Assembly: GCA_977017575.1 (NCBI GenBank)
Contig: CDRNVI010000070.1
Span: 124,001-188,000, forward strand
Length of the DNA stretch: 64,000 nucleotides
From: Paramoeba atlantica
Taxonomy: Eukaryota > Protista > Discosea
Reading direction: 5' to 3'
In this document: positions 41,883 to 53,131 of the stretch, piece after piece
Layout: each line of letters begins with the position of its first letter
How positions within the stretch are numbered: position 1 is the first letter of the stretch
Translations under genes and position numbers: made by a program
The notes under the pieces: generated by a model
The model's input: only the letters and a program-made list of their open reading frames with translations
Told to the model about the DNA's origin: nothing
Database searches by the model: none

Positions 41883-42208
41883 GTGTAATGATGCTGAATT
41901 AAAGATAATTCTGTGCCTTACGTCAACTTGTAAGATATTTATGACAATTTTTTGAACCGCCGATTTTATTCGTTTCAATTATCCGCGTGAAAACATTGAC
42001 TGTAGTCCTGTTTTGGAGAAAATTTTATCTGAGCTTTCTTGTGGTATTTTGGGGGGAACTCTGGAAAATGATCATGGGAAGACAACTACTTTAATAATCA
42101 GTGAAGTCTAGCTCAAAGCTTGAGCTGCATACTCAATATGTAGAACTTCTATTGCATAATATAGTTTTCATGTTTGGAATCTAATTCTTCAGAGGAACGT
42201 TGTCATAC

Positions 42209-42988
42209 ATGAGTTTTGCGCGATCTTATATTAAAAGAGGGCGAGTCAATCGTTTCCTGGAAAATTGGAGCCAACGGTGGCTTACGGAAGAACTTAACCA
42301 CTTGGCACGAAATCGCGGATGGGAAGAAGCAATAGAAACGTTTTGTTCATCCACAAAAAATGGTTTTGTACAACCTAACGTGTACCATTATACAACTTTG
42401 CTCTCTGCTTGCGTGAAAGCAGGACATTGGCAAAAAGCTTTGGCATTTCACACTGAACAAATATTAAAGGGGGTTAACGATAACGAGCGCTCGTATGCCG
42501 TCGCTTTAGAGGCCTGTCGCGCAGGAAAACGTCCTGATCTTGCTCTTCGATTGTTCTATACAGCCAAAGTGTGTGGAAAGCCAGAACTTAATGCTTATTG
42601 TTTCACCGCTATTATGTCCTCATTAGCAGAGAAACAAGATTGGGAAACTGCGCTATCGATTTTAAACGATATAGATACTCCGCGCGCTTGCTTGAATGTT
42701 TTCGTTTATACTGCAGCGATTCATGCTTGCTCCCGCGGAAACCAGTGGAAAGCGGCTATGTCAGTCTTCCGAAGCATGAGAATGAAGAAAATAGAACCGA
42801 CCACAGTTTGTTTCGGAGCTATCGTGCAATGCTGTGTGAATTCTCTTCACGTCGAAAAAGCTTTGCACGTAGTCGCTCATATGGTCGCTCGTGGTTTTCC
42901 TCTCACCACCCATATCCAGCAAATTCTGCGAGATGGTATGCATTTAGACGAGTGCCAGTCCAAGGAGCAAGATCGATTGCGATGCTGA
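42209..42988 (+). CDS. Pentatricopeptide-repeat protein
   Basis: 35-aa repeats: PNVYHYTTLLSAC, NERSYAVALEAC, NAYCFTAIMSSL, NVFVYTAAIHAC, PTTVCFGAIVQC. Confidence 0.9.
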   Translation: MSFARSYIKRGRVNRFLENWSQRWLTEELNHLARNRGWEEAIETFCSSTKNGFVQPNVYHYTTLLSACVKAGHWQKALAFHTEQILKGVNDNERSYAVALEACRAGKRPDLALRLFYTAKVCGKPELNAYCFTAIMSSLAEKQDWETALSILNDIDTPRACLNVFVYTAAIHACSRGNQWKAAMSVFRSMRMKKIEPTTVCFGAIVQCCVNSLHVEKALHVVAHMVARGFPLTTHIQQILRDGMHLDECQSKEQDRLRC

Positions 42989-43310
42989 CAAAGTATCAGG
43001 AAAGGATCATATTTCTATTTAGCAAATGATTTGTCGACGCATTCGTTCTGCGAGTATGATTTTGATTGAGTACTATCGCGAGTATTATTTGTGTGTTATA
43101 GGACGTCTTTCTTTACTGAAAAGAATAGCGGACGGAATTTGCACACAAATTCATAAAGCATTTGTTTTATAGAATGTCATGTCTGCTGAATGTTTTTTCT
43201 CTGGCTTCATTACACGATAAGCATGAGGCCTTCACGCTCCATGATCAATACAACTTGAAGATATTGAGTGTTGAGCATCCTGATTATTTGGTCATGAATT
43301 GCTTCAGTGA

Positions 43311-45206
43311 ATGACGTTGCCCATGAATGTTTTGCATTTTTTAGGTGTTCGGAATGCATCTATCAAGGCAATGCTGCCAAACAGGATAGTGAAACATTTT
43401 CCATGCAGGTTTCTGTCTTACGACTCCTCTCAACCACCGGACAGCTCAAGCTGTGATGATGAATCAGCTGGAAAAAGCAAAGTATTTTATGATATTGCAA
43501 CAGGGGAATGTCTGCTGTGTCATGTTCGCTGCCCGCAGAATCTTCCGGAACACCTTTCGGAAACGAGTCATGGTGCAGCAATCGTACTGTTTCGTATACT
43601 ACTCCAACATTGTCAAAGGAATTATGAGGAATGGTTCCTTGCTGAAGTAGAGTACAACTTTAGAAAGGCTTTTCCCAACAGCATATTTTCTCGGAATGCT
43701 TCAATGGGGGATATTGATTCGCGAGCTGAATCTTTGAGAGCTGCAATCAAGTTTCTTAAACAGTGTGGCGTACTAGACTATAGCTTGCGTTTGCTTGCGG
43801 TCAATGAGTTTCAAAAAGCGTTTATGTTCTCCGGCACAAGCCAGCTGGATCGTTTTGAATGGGTTGGAGACGTTGTCTCTCGTCGACTCTACAGAAAAAT
43901 GACAGATGCAACACTATTTTCGTATACGGGGAGAGGGATAGGAGCTTTGCTTGATTACTTGCAGTCTAATGAGGGGCTTCAAAAAACGTATTCTTTATTA
44001 GATTTAACATCTTTGATTCTACACGGACACAAGCGCGATCGCGACGCGCCAGTGAAATTTCCTACTGGAAAATTGATGGCTGATGCCGTTGAAGCACTTC
44101 ATGGCGAACTCACTACCTACTTGTATAGCACTGAAATGCAACCACTTCATTTTTCACATCTCCCTTCTTTGCTCTTGGAAGACCGAGTCCTGCACACTAT
44201 CGCCTGTCATGTATTGCATGAGCTTGTCTTTATGGTTTTGCTGTTACACCTAAGGTCACTTATGGTGAAGGTACAACCTTTCTTTAGATATTATCGATCA
44301 CTATGTACTGCTTCAGTTTCTACTGTGGAAAAACGACTACGTATCTTAAAGCCAAACATTGGAGCCCCACAGATTGTTCCCGTATGCAAACTTTTACATC
44401 GATTAGCAGCTGCATGTTGCGAATATAGAAACGCCACACGTACCTTACTTGAAAGAAGCATCTCATGGTTCTACACCTTGAGAAGAAGAACACATCTTTC
44501 ATTGAATGGCTCACCCCCAGATAATACTTTGGACACATTGGAAGATCCTATAGTTCGTACGGCAATAACGCAACACCGGCGGCTGCAAAACGAGCTATCC
44601 CTTTTAACCCCTGTGGCCGATGTTGCCTATGCTCTCTCTATGCGTAGCGTCCCTAGAAAACAGGGAACGAACACCCGACGTTTCGGTGAAACCTTCGAAC
44701 CTCTTGGGTGGCACCAAAGTTTTTCTGTACCACACTTTATTGCCGTAGTCTTCTACAATCCTGCGACGGAGAGCAATAAATCCCAACCGGTGTATGGCAT
44801 ACAAAAGTCATCGTATCGAGCAGTAACGGACGTTATTCATTCATCTCCAGAATTCCCCATTTGGCGCGTTATTTATAGATCGCACCTTGTATGCCATAAA
44901 CGTATTTATCCCTTACTAGTTCCCTCACGCTATATTTCAACCCGACGATTTTCTGTTTTTGCCTCTGAAAAAGCAGATCTATACACACGTTTTGAGGAAA
45001 TCAAAGGCGCTGGAAATAATTTTCCTTTTCGTTGGGCATGCTTTCAGCGGCGTCCGTGTAGCGCGCGCAAATTCATCTTGAATAGTATGGTACCATTTAC
45101 CACTTGTGCCGCCAATTCTCATTTATTGAAACTGCCACATATTGACTCAATCTCTCCACTTTTGAGGCATCGTACCGTGTACGGTGTCAGCAAGAACGTG
45201 GACTAG
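43311..45206 (+). CDS. U1-like zinc finger + RNase III protein (KREN/mRPN1-like), paralog 1
   Basis: CLLC...EHLSETSH; DRFEWVGD; MADAVEALHGEL. Confidence 0.8.
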   Translation: MTLPMNVLHFLGVRNASIKAMLPNRIVKHFPCRFLSYDSSQPPDSSSCDDESAGKSKVFYDIATGECLLCHVRCPQNLPEHLSETSHGAAIVLFRILLQHCQRNYEEWFLAEVEYNFRKAFPNSIFSRNASMGDIDSRAESLRAAIKFLKQCGVLDYSLRLLAVNEFQKAFMFSGTSQLDRFEWVGDVVSRRLYRKMTDATLFSYTGRGIGALLDYLQSNEGLQKTYSLLDLTSLILHGHKRDRDAPVKFPTGKLMADAVEALHGELTTYLYSTEMQPLHFSHLPSLLLEDRVLHTIACHVLHELVFMVLLLHLRSLMVKVQPFFRYYRSLCTASVSTVEKRLRILKPNIGAPQIVPVCKLLHRLAAACCEYRNATRTLLERSISWFYTLRRRTHLSLNGSPPDNTLDTLEDPIVRTAITQHRRLQNELSLLTPVADVAYALSMRSVPRKQGTNTRRFGETFEPLGWHQSFSVPHFIAVVFYNPATESNKSQPVYGIQKSSYRAVTDVIHSSPEFPIWRVIYRSHLVCHKRIYPLLVPSRYISTRRFSVFASEKADLYTRFEEIKGAGNNFPFRWACFQRRPCSARKFILNSMVPFTTCAANSHLLKLPHIDSISPLLRHRTVYGVSKNVD

Positions 45207-45636
45207 ATCGCTGTGAGAATTATAGGAGTTCCTTAAAAGAGTTCGTAACGCAAATGTGTATGTAAACAAACAAGAACTGAAAGTGTTGAGTGTAAAATAC
45301 TAGAAAAGGATACCCAATAATATTACGAAGCAAAACTAATAGAAAACCGTAAAAAATAATATATTTTTTTATTTGTTCAATATTGGGTCAATGCCCATCA
45401 CTGTAGGTAATCAAAGAAGACAGCCTTAGATCATTACCAATCCATTACCATTGCAAACTTAACAACAGGTTCTTTGCTCATTAAAAGGTTATTTTAACGA
45501 TTTATAATTTTTGACCTTTGCCCGCTGATTTCTATCGCTATGCTATGGCTATTTGCAACGAGCATACCTACATGTATACCCTGAGAGTCTCGGAGCATTA
45601 CGTTCACAAAATGAAGAAACCATAAGTCTTAGAACA

Positions 45637-47403
45637 ATGAACATGCGCGCTCTGTGCATACAGCGAGCATTGTCGATTACGCGTCCCGTTTTACAACCCT
45701 CCGAGATGTACATCGTTCGAGTTTTGCCTTTTTTTTCGAACGTTCGACATTATGCGTCACCTAAAACAACGAGTGAAGCCCGTCCAAAGTTCGATATCCC
45801 AGATTACATGCTTGAAAACGACACGTCATTCGAAGGGTATCGAGCCAATATTCAACCCCGCCGTGAATATGAAGATAAAGAAAAAGGTTTCTGCCGACTT
45901 TGCCAAGAAGCGGCTCCGGACTATACAGAACACACATCCTTCAATGTTTTTCATATCGTGAGACAAAGTTTAGTTCAATCTATTATGAACGTGAATCATC
46001 AGTATCCATGGGTGAATCCAGAAGATATCATAGAATCGTGGTGGCCTCCGATTCGTGATTGTAAGAATTTCTTTCGAATACCACATCTTAGTTCAGAGCT
46101 ACAAAGTGAGAGGAAGAAGAAGCTATTTAAACTCCTTCGCTTCATGAAGAGGCAAGGTGTGCTTAAAAGTTGTTTTTCTGTTATGGAAGCTCGGGGCTCG
46201 GAGAGGGGTGGCTCGGGGTACGGGATAACATTTCAAGCATCACGTAGTACAGCTTTTGAACGTTTTGAGTGGATAGGTGACAACGTGATGAAGTCTTTAT
46301 TTTACAACCGTTTAGCCGAGTTAAGCACTAAAGGCAAGTACCGTATTAGCTACTACCAGCACTGCATCTTGCTTCAAGGCAACGAACCTCTACGTGATGC
46401 TTATGATTATTTAAGTTTTGAAAAAATTGTACTAGATGGCATACCGCGGGATGCGAAGTTTGCGCCTCCAGTGAGTAAGACAAAAGCTGACATTATGGAG
46501 GCGCTTTTTGGGGAGCTTCAGGCTTATTTGTGGTCTACTCACAGCGCCATAGGCGTTGATGCTTTATTTCATCCCGTATCCGTCGAAATACGAGCGTTAT
46601 ATTTTATTGCGCTGCATGCAATGCACGAATTGTGCACGGTTATGATTTTAGAGATGTTATACAGTATTGCAGACAAAGTTATGCCATTTCTGCATAAACT
46701 CAGGCGAGGAAAACAAAGCGTGCGATTTCTTTCCTTGGACAAACATACGGATATAAACAAATTAACAAGGAATGTAGGGAAGGATATAGTGATAAGGTAC
46801 CCAGAGCCGGTGTCGCGTCCTGAAAGATTCATAAGACCACAATACTGGAAGGATCCGATAGCAGGTTTAATAATTTTTTATCATGGGAGGACCGCTAATA
46901 CAATTCTACGGTATACGCAAGACGTACACCCACGTCGTAATCCTGTAGCGAAAAAACGCTCCGTGAACACTATTCTACTACGAAAAATGACGGAAAAATA
47001 TCCCCAAAAGGTCAATCTAGCTAAGCCTTGTTCCACACGACCGGTGTTAACCAACTTTCCTCGATTGAGATTCATTTCTCATGTTTCACTGCGCTTGAGT
47101 AGTGCACAGTGTAATTCACACAGTGGAAGGAGAATCCCGTATGCATGCGGTGAGCCTTATAAAATGGAACCTAGTTGCAGGCTACGGGCGCCATTCATTT
47201 TGTTCCATGAGATCATATTACCTTCTGATGTTTCGAAAGCGTGTAAAATAAGAAACATACAACATACCTCTGGTCTTCATCCCTATGGAAAGTTTGTCCA
47301 CGCTTCTCTTAGTGTTTTGCCAATTCCTCGTTGTATGGCTCCATCGGTATCGAGTCTAAATCTATCTGGAACACATCATGCCCAGTACGACATCAGAGCT
47401 TAG
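45637..47403 (+). CDS. U1-like zinc finger + RNase III protein (KREN/mRPN1-like), paralog 2
   Basis: Presequence-like N-terminus from ATG 45637; CRLC...EHTSFNVFH; ERFEWIGD; KADIMEALFGEL. Confidence 0.8.
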   Translation: MNMRALCIQRALSITRPVLQPSEMYIVRVLPFFSNVRHYASPKTTSEARPKFDIPDYMLENDTSFEGYRANIQPRREYEDKEKGFCRLCQEAAPDYTEHTSFNVFHIVRQSLVQSIMNVNHQYPWVNPEDIIESWWPPIRDCKNFFRIPHLSSELQSERKKKLFKLLRFMKRQGVLKSCFSVMEARGSERGGSGYGITFQASRSTAFERFEWIGDNVMKSLFYNRLAELSTKGKYRISYYQHCILLQGNEPLRDAYDYLSFEKIVLDGIPRDAKFAPPVSKTKADIMEALFGELQAYLWSTHSAIGVDALFHPVSVEIRALYFIALHAMHELCTVMILEMLYSIADKVMPFLHKLRRGKQSVRFLSLDKHTDINKLTRNVGKDIVIRYPEPVSRPERFIRPQYWKDPIAGLIIFYHGRTANTILRYTQDVHPRRNPVAKKRSVNTILLRKMTEKYPQKVNLAKPCSTRPVLTNFPRLRFISHVSLRLSSAQCNSHSGRRIPYACGEPYKMEPSCRLRAPFILFHEIILPSDVSKACKIRNIQHTSGLHPYGKFVHASLSVLPIPRCMAPSVSSLNLSGTHHAQYDIRA

Positions 47404-47821
47404 TAGCTGAAAAGGATGTTGGCCAGTATTTTTCGAAGTTTCCGGAATACAGTCGCAAAAACCCCACATTACCGTCTGATCTTCACACTGCGCATATTGT
47501 CTTTAGGTCTAGTGTTTTACTTTGATTATTCCCCGATGCTTCATCCGTTCTCAGATCTATCTTTTGATAGACTAAAAGGCGTAATCGTAAAAAGACGTAA
47601 TCGTGAGTGCCTTTATATTCCATGATTTTAGAAACGGCTACATGTAACAATATTTTCGGCTTCTTTCTTACGAATAGTATGTGAAAAACATTCAGTGAAT
47701 GATCCACGTTCTTTGCTCTATCAATATTATGCTCTAGACGGTAAGAAACACTAGCTGACATTTTAATGTACATGTAATTCATAATTTTATTCCCACAAGG
47801 TGTTACAAAAATGAAAAGCAA

Positions 47822-48844
47822 ATGGAAGCAGACCCAAGTTGGTTCTTTCCTACTATAAGGACCACAGAGTTGAGAAATAATGATTCCCAATCGGAAGGTA
47901 CTTCAGAAAACCGGACAAGTGGTATTCTCATCTACGGGCCTCGTGGAATAGGAAAAACTTCGCTAGCGTTTCAGCTAGCCTTGCATCACGCTGTTCGGGG
48001 CCAACGCGTAATCTATTTCTGTAACCAACAAAGGCTACACGACAATCCCCCTAGGTGGTCCGCACCGCTGGGCGTGAAGGTGGATGAGAGCGCGCTCTCA
48101 CGTATCAAATTTAAATACGTAGCGAGTTACCGGCAGATTCGAACTGACTTAGCCAGTTTGTTGCTAACTGACCATTTAAGTTCGTCGCCTTTAGATCACA
48201 GTCTGGAAGAATGTGTATCAGACAACGAGTCTTCGGTCCGTGAGCACGACTCAAATTTTCCACTAAGAGACTCTAGCCTGCCGACCCTTATAATTTTAGA
48301 TCACATTGATTCTTTAGAAAATGATTCTAGCCAAGAAAACGTGAGTTATCCCACCAAAAATAGAGAGCTAGTGCGAACAGTTTCTCAATTGTATCATTTA
48401 TCCCATTCACTGTGTCGTCTCGAAGAAAAAAATATGTGTTTCGTCGTTTGTGAGGACAGTCCAAAATTAAAATATACTCGTGATCTGAATCCTGAATCTG
48501 GTAGCAGGATAGCGGACTCAAAGTCTTCTTTGCACTCTCGCCTGATTCATTTGCCCTGCATAACGCACATACTGCTCTGTGAACACGCATCCATGAGTCA
48601 CTGTCCATCCAAGGTATCACGTGAGGCAAGAGAACCCAAGAATACTTTTATCGAAGATATTTCTACCAATTGGGTGGTAAACATGAGCTTTCTTTCTATC
48701 AGAGTTCCACCGTGGGAACCAGGAGAAGAGTTTGTGAGGAAAGATTTCTCTGAACGTAGAACCAAAAAAGCATTTCATGGTTTATTGTTTCGCGCCAGAT
48801 ACGAAATACTAGCACAGTCTTTGAAATTACTATCACTTGACTGA
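47822..48844 (+). CDS. RecA/RAD51-paralog-like ATPase, SWSAP1-like
   Basis: Walker A GPRGIGKT followed by SLAFQLA...VIYFC; Walker B-like LIILD; short single-domain protein. Confidence 0.6.
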   Translation: MEADPSWFFPTIRTTELRNNDSQSEGTSENRTSGILIYGPRGIGKTSLAFQLALHHAVRGQRVIYFCNQQRLHDNPPRWSAPLGVKVDESALSRIKFKYVASYRQIRTDLASLLLTDHLSSSPLDHSLEECVSDNESSVREHDSNFPLRDSSLPTLIILDHIDSLENDSSQENVSYPTKNRELVRTVSQLYHLSHSLCRLEEKNMCFVVCEDSPKLKYTRDLNPESGSRIADSKSSLHSRLIHLPCITHILLCEHASMSHCPSKVSREAREPKNTFIEDISTNWVVNMSFLSIRVPPWEPGEEFVRKDFSERRTKKAFHGLLFRARYEILAQSLKLLSLD

Positions 48845-49230
48845 TGGAAAACGTCTTTTTCTACGTACTCCTTTGTTTTACCTTTCAAACGCTGGCTGCT
48901 ATTCACTACTACCCCCCTGGCCCGATTCTGTCAAAATCTAGCCCCTTGTATGTTCTCTCCTTCTAAATGTTCACCTATGTTCACCTATCCTTAAAAACGT
49001 GTATTGTAAAAACAACCTGTGTCCCCTTCATCTACCCAACACCCTCTTCCACCCTCACCTTACCCCTCTACCCCACACCCTTTCCCTACTCTTTATTAAC
49101 CCCATTATTGAAATTAAAAATAAAAAAAATACGTAAAGTATTCTTTATTAACCCCCTTCCCGCCCCCCTCCCTCTCTCTCCATGACACCTTCCCGCTAAC
49201 CCATCACCCCCTACCCCCTCCCCCTCCCCC

Positions 49231-50913
49231 ATGCCACCCTCCACCACTCTCCACTCCCCCTCCCCGGACCCCTGCCTGTGGTCCCCCCTCCCCCCCGCTC
49301 CCCCCGGAACCCCTACTACTACCCCCTCCTGTCGCTACCACCCCGCGACCTGTGCCACCGACGCCTTACCCCTTCCCCTTCCCCCTCCCCTCTTCTTCTT
49401 CTTCCTCTATGGGGGAAGGGACCCGAGACACGGACGCCTGCTCGGGGACGGCTGGTGTTTTGCGGGGGCCACCCAGCACTGGCATCGACTGGGGCAAGCA
49501 AGACACCGGTGGAACCCCTCCCCCCGGGCGCTGGCCGCGATGTGTTACCACGGCCCGAGGGGAGGGGGTGGGGGGGAGACGGAGACGACGGAAGAAGATC
49601 GAGGTGGGAGAAACCGAGTTAAGGAAACCTCAGGGTCTCCTCGATTCCCGGAGGGTGCGGTGGTTTATTTGTTTGGTGGGCTGTCGGAGCTTCAAGTGGG
49701 GCTGTCGGATTTTTTTGAGCTGATTTTGCCGACGGAGGAGGAGGGGGAGAGTGGAGCAACGGATGGGGAAGGCGTAAGCAGGAGAGATTCTGGGGTAGGA
49801 GAGTGGATGCCGATTCGTACGTTTGGGAGGTCTCCGCCTGCCATGACGGGGCACTCGTTGACCTCATGTGAGGTTGATGGTTGTGTGTATCTGTTTGGTG
49901 GGATTTGCCTTTCCGCGGTCAGAGGACGTAACAAGGCGCGTAGGAGTCATGGGTCGTGCTATAGCTATAAGTGGACGCCTGCCCGGTGCTGGGAGGAGTT
50001 GTCCCCACGAAAAGCGCAGTCCGATCCTTGTCGACGAATGGGGCATGCTGTGACATTTCATGCAGACTGTATGCTCATGTTCGGGGGTGTTTCTGAAACG
50101 CACGAGGTACTGAATGATTTGTGGCAGTATAATGTTACTAGTTGTTGTTGGACACCCTTGGGTGGCATAGGTCCATCGGGGCCTCCTCGCGCGTTCGCAG
50201 GCTCTTTCGTTCTGGAATCTCGCTTGTTGGTCATGCTCGGGGGTGTTAATACTGTGACTCACGATAACTACCCCAGGGCCGCATCACGAGGGAATGTGAA
50301 GGGGCGAGAAAAGGTGCACGCTACCATGACATACTTTGATCTAGAAAAAGAAGAGTGGTTGGGCACGTGTGGCTCAGTTGTGCTCGCGGAGCCAAAAACG
50401 TCTGTATTTTGTTATCCCCAGTCAATTAGATGTTTTTCGCGAAATGAAGCACGAGGTTTCACTCCAATGTTCTCTTCTAATACTGGTTCGCCTACGTACA
50501 TACTGGTTGGATTGCTTGTTGGCAAGAATTTAACTGCCTGCGGGGCGGTAGCATTTGCTCCACATATCTCGTTGGATAGTCTGCTTCATCTGCTTGATCA
50601 ACACATCCAATCGAAACATGTGGATAGTGTGACAGAAAATCAAAGAGTTCGAGTCAAAGAGAGTTGCTCGGAGGATACTACATTTGACAAGTCAGCAAAG
50701 AAACCGCGTGTTACCATGAAAATACTAACAACTTCGCCACAACTTGATTCAAACAATTTCTTCGAGGAAAATAAGACAGAAATTCCCCCTTTTAAGGATA
50801 CAACTTTATCTCGCTCTTCAAAACAAATTAATAATAGAGAGCAAAAAATTCCCAACAAAATTACTACAGAAAATGAATCAACCAACGTAGACATACTTAG
50901 TACTCTGTTGTAG
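49231..50913 (+). CDS. Kelch-repeat protein (true start uncertain)
   Basis: VYLFGG, GHSLT..VYLFGG, GHAVT..MLMFGG...NDLWQY, LVMLGG repeats. Confidence 0.8.
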   Translation: MPPSTTLHSPSPDPCLWSPLPPAPPGTPTTTPSCRYHPATCATDALPLPLPPPLFFFFLYGGRDPRHGRLLGDGWCFAGATQHWHRLGQARHRWNPSPRALAAMCYHGPRGGGGGETETTEEDRGGRNRVKETSGSPRFPEGAVVYLFGGLSELQVGLSDFFELILPTEEEGESGATDGEGVSRRDSGVGEWMPIRTFGRSPPAMTGHSLTSCEVDGCVYLFGGICLSAVRGRNKARRSHGSCYSYKWTPARCWEELSPRKAQSDPCRRMGHAVTFHADCMLMFGGVSETHEVLNDLWQYNVTSCCWTPLGGIGPSGPPRAFAGSFVLESRLLVMLGGVNTVTHDNYPRAASRGNVKGREKVHATMTYFDLEKEEWLGTCGSVVLAEPKTSVFCYPQSIRCFSRNEARGFTPMFSSNTGSPTYILVGLLVGKNLTACGAVAFAPHISLDSLLHLLDQHIQSKHVDSVTENQRVRVKESCSEDTTFDKSAKKPRVTMKILTTSPQLDSNNFFEENKTEIPPFKDTTLSRSSKQINNREQKIPNKITTENESTNVDILSTLL

Positions 50914-51814
50914 TAGTTTGGTCTTGTCACCAACGTAATCTTTGGAAAACCAGGTAAAAATTTTGCACTACCATTTTTACCTTCTCTACACAGCATCCTC
51001 CGGATGAACATGTGGAGCCTTTTCTTTTTTGCGATATGTCATTTAAGGCGAGAACGATGAATCTATAGACGGGCAATTAGTGGTGCTTGAAGTCTGAACG
51101 TGGAAGTAAGGTGACGCATGTATTGGAAAATGATTCGCGGGTGCACAGATTCAGCTCCGGGTTGCAGTGGAAGTACAGTGAAGTATCTTTTAGTGAAGTA
51201 ATCTTTTTCCAATTTATCTGTGTCGTTGCTATGTTGAAATAACACAGGTACGGCTCGCGTGCTGCAGCAATCGTGCTATACTCGAGCTTCTTATGGAGAC
51301 TTTCGTTCGTGCTAATTTCGCTTCGTGTTCATTTCCAAATTTGCGCGCGGCGAGGCAAGATGCAATTCTGGTGCGGTATCATTCTGGTGCTGCCAGTATC
51401 ATTTTTAGTGTATTGAAAATACTATATCTGGTCCCTCTCATGGCCTATGCCATCCCGTATTAATTGGTATGACATCACCCTTATTTTTCCCAATTATAGT
51501 ATCTTCCGGTGCTTTTAATGTATGTAAACAACGAATCGCATGTTGACACTCTTCTAATTTACTCTTCCTTTTAGCAAGACAAGAAAACCAAAGTCCTTAA
51601 TTATGCCCTCAAAATTTGAACCATTGATTCCGTTTAGAAAAATAACAAAACCTAGGACACTGATCTTTTCTCCCTCTTTTCATCTTCCTTCTCGCTCCCA
51701 CCCTCCATGCCCCATCCCCCCACCCTCATTCCGCTGACCACCACATTGACCATGACCCCACCCTCCCCATCGTAACCCAACCAACCACCCCCTCTCTCTG
51801 CTTCGTACCCCTCC

Positions 51815-53131
51815 ATGCCCCTTCCCTCCACATTCTTCTTCTTCTTCTTCTTCTCCCTTATCACTTTCACCCCTCCCCCCTCCCTCGCGGCCAGCCGTGC
51901 CCCCACCCGTGTCCAGTGCGGCCGCGACTTCACCTGCAGCCGTTACTTCCCCATATGCTGCGGCACCGAGGAGCCCAACAGCCAGCCCTACTGCCTTCGC
52001 GGGGGCTACTTCTGCTGTGACCACACCGGGGGCTCCGCGCGCCTGGGGTGTCCCCTCGGCACGAGCTGTTGTATCGCCACCGACGGCAGCGATCGCTCCT
52101 GTTGCGGTCCCGGGCAGAGCTGCACGGGCGCGGGGCGCTGTGTCGGGGACAACTGCACGGTGTGGGGGGACCCGAAGGCTTGTGTGGCCCACCGACATTG
52201 TGGGTGGTGCTGTGCCACGGGAAAGTGTCAAGCCAGGGGGAATGAAACGAGGTGTGGGGGAAAGTTTTTGGTGGCAGAGGGTACGGAGGAGGGGAAGGAG
52301 GAGAGTGGGGGGCGTACATTGCTCGTCAATGAATGCCCCGATCGCTGTACGTTTTATCATAACTGTACCTCCTGCCGTGCGGAGGGGTGTGAGTGGTGTT
52401 GTAGCCAGGCGAGATGTGGGTCGCCCGGGAGCACGGGGTGCTCCCCGTTTAGTATTCCACAGGGTGACACCTCGTGTAGTGTGTGCGAGCGAAATGGCAA
52501 GGGGGTTGTGGTCGTACGCCGCGATTCTCCTACCCCGAGCTCGTTTTGGTGGTTTGTGACGCTAGTGGCCATGTTTTGGCTATTTCATTCGCTTGCGGGG
52601 CTGTTCTTGTCACGATTTTTACGACGTCGATTGATAAGAAGGTGGTGGGAGAATGACAACGGGCCTTCCGATCCAGGAGGCGAACACGAGCCCTCTGTCG
52701 TGGATTTTTCAGATCATCCGAATCCATCCTCTCGGCTGGACCTCAGCGCGACGTTTGCCAGGGAATACGGTGCGACGCCTCCCTTTACTCCACGCGGGAG
52801 TATTCCACACTCTTTTGCTCGATTCTGGGACGAAATCCATGATGACCCGATTTGTGTCGTATGTTTGGAAGATCCGGCTGGGGTGTGGTGTGCTCCTTGT
52901 GGTCATGTGGTGCTGTGCGTATCATGCTGGAAAAAATTACAGCAAAATCACATCTCGCAGAGTCGTACGCGGATTGCACAACACCGTGGCTCTACCGCAC
53001 GTGGCATAGCTTTGGGACCACCTCCCTGCGTGGTTTGTCGTGAGCCTATTGTGGGGGCCATTTACCTGCGGTCGTATTTGGAAACCGGAAAGGAATCGGA
53101 AGTTCCCGGACGGAAAACCGAAACTACGTAG
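51815..53131 (+). CDS. Type I membrane protein: Cys-rich PSI-like ectodomain, one TM, cytosolic RING finger
   Basis: Hydrophobic leader; C..C...C.WC..C repeats; TM FWWFVTLVAMFWLFHSLAGLFL; CVVCLE...CAPCGHVVLCVSC...CVVCREPI. Confidence 0.8.
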   Translation: MPLPSTFFFFFFFSLITFTPPPSLAASRAPTRVQCGRDFTCSRYFPICCGTEEPNSQPYCLRGGYFCCDHTGGSARLGCPLGTSCCIATDGSDRSCCGPGQSCTGAGRCVGDNCTVWGDPKACVAHRHCGWCCATGKCQARGNETRCGGKFLVAEGTEEGKEESGGRTLLVNECPDRCTFYHNCTSCRAEGCEWCCSQARCGSPGSTGCSPFSIPQGDTSCSVCERNGKGVVVVRRDSPTPSSFWWFVTLVAMFWLFHSLAGLFLSRFLRRRLIRRWWENDNGPSDPGGEHEPSVVDFSDHPNPSSRLDLSATFAREYGATPPFTPRGSIPHSFARFWDEIHDDPICVVCLEDPAGVWCAPCGHVVLCVSCWKKLQQNHISQSRTRIAQHRGSTARGIALGPPPCVVCREPIVGAIYLRSYLETGKESEVPGRKTETT

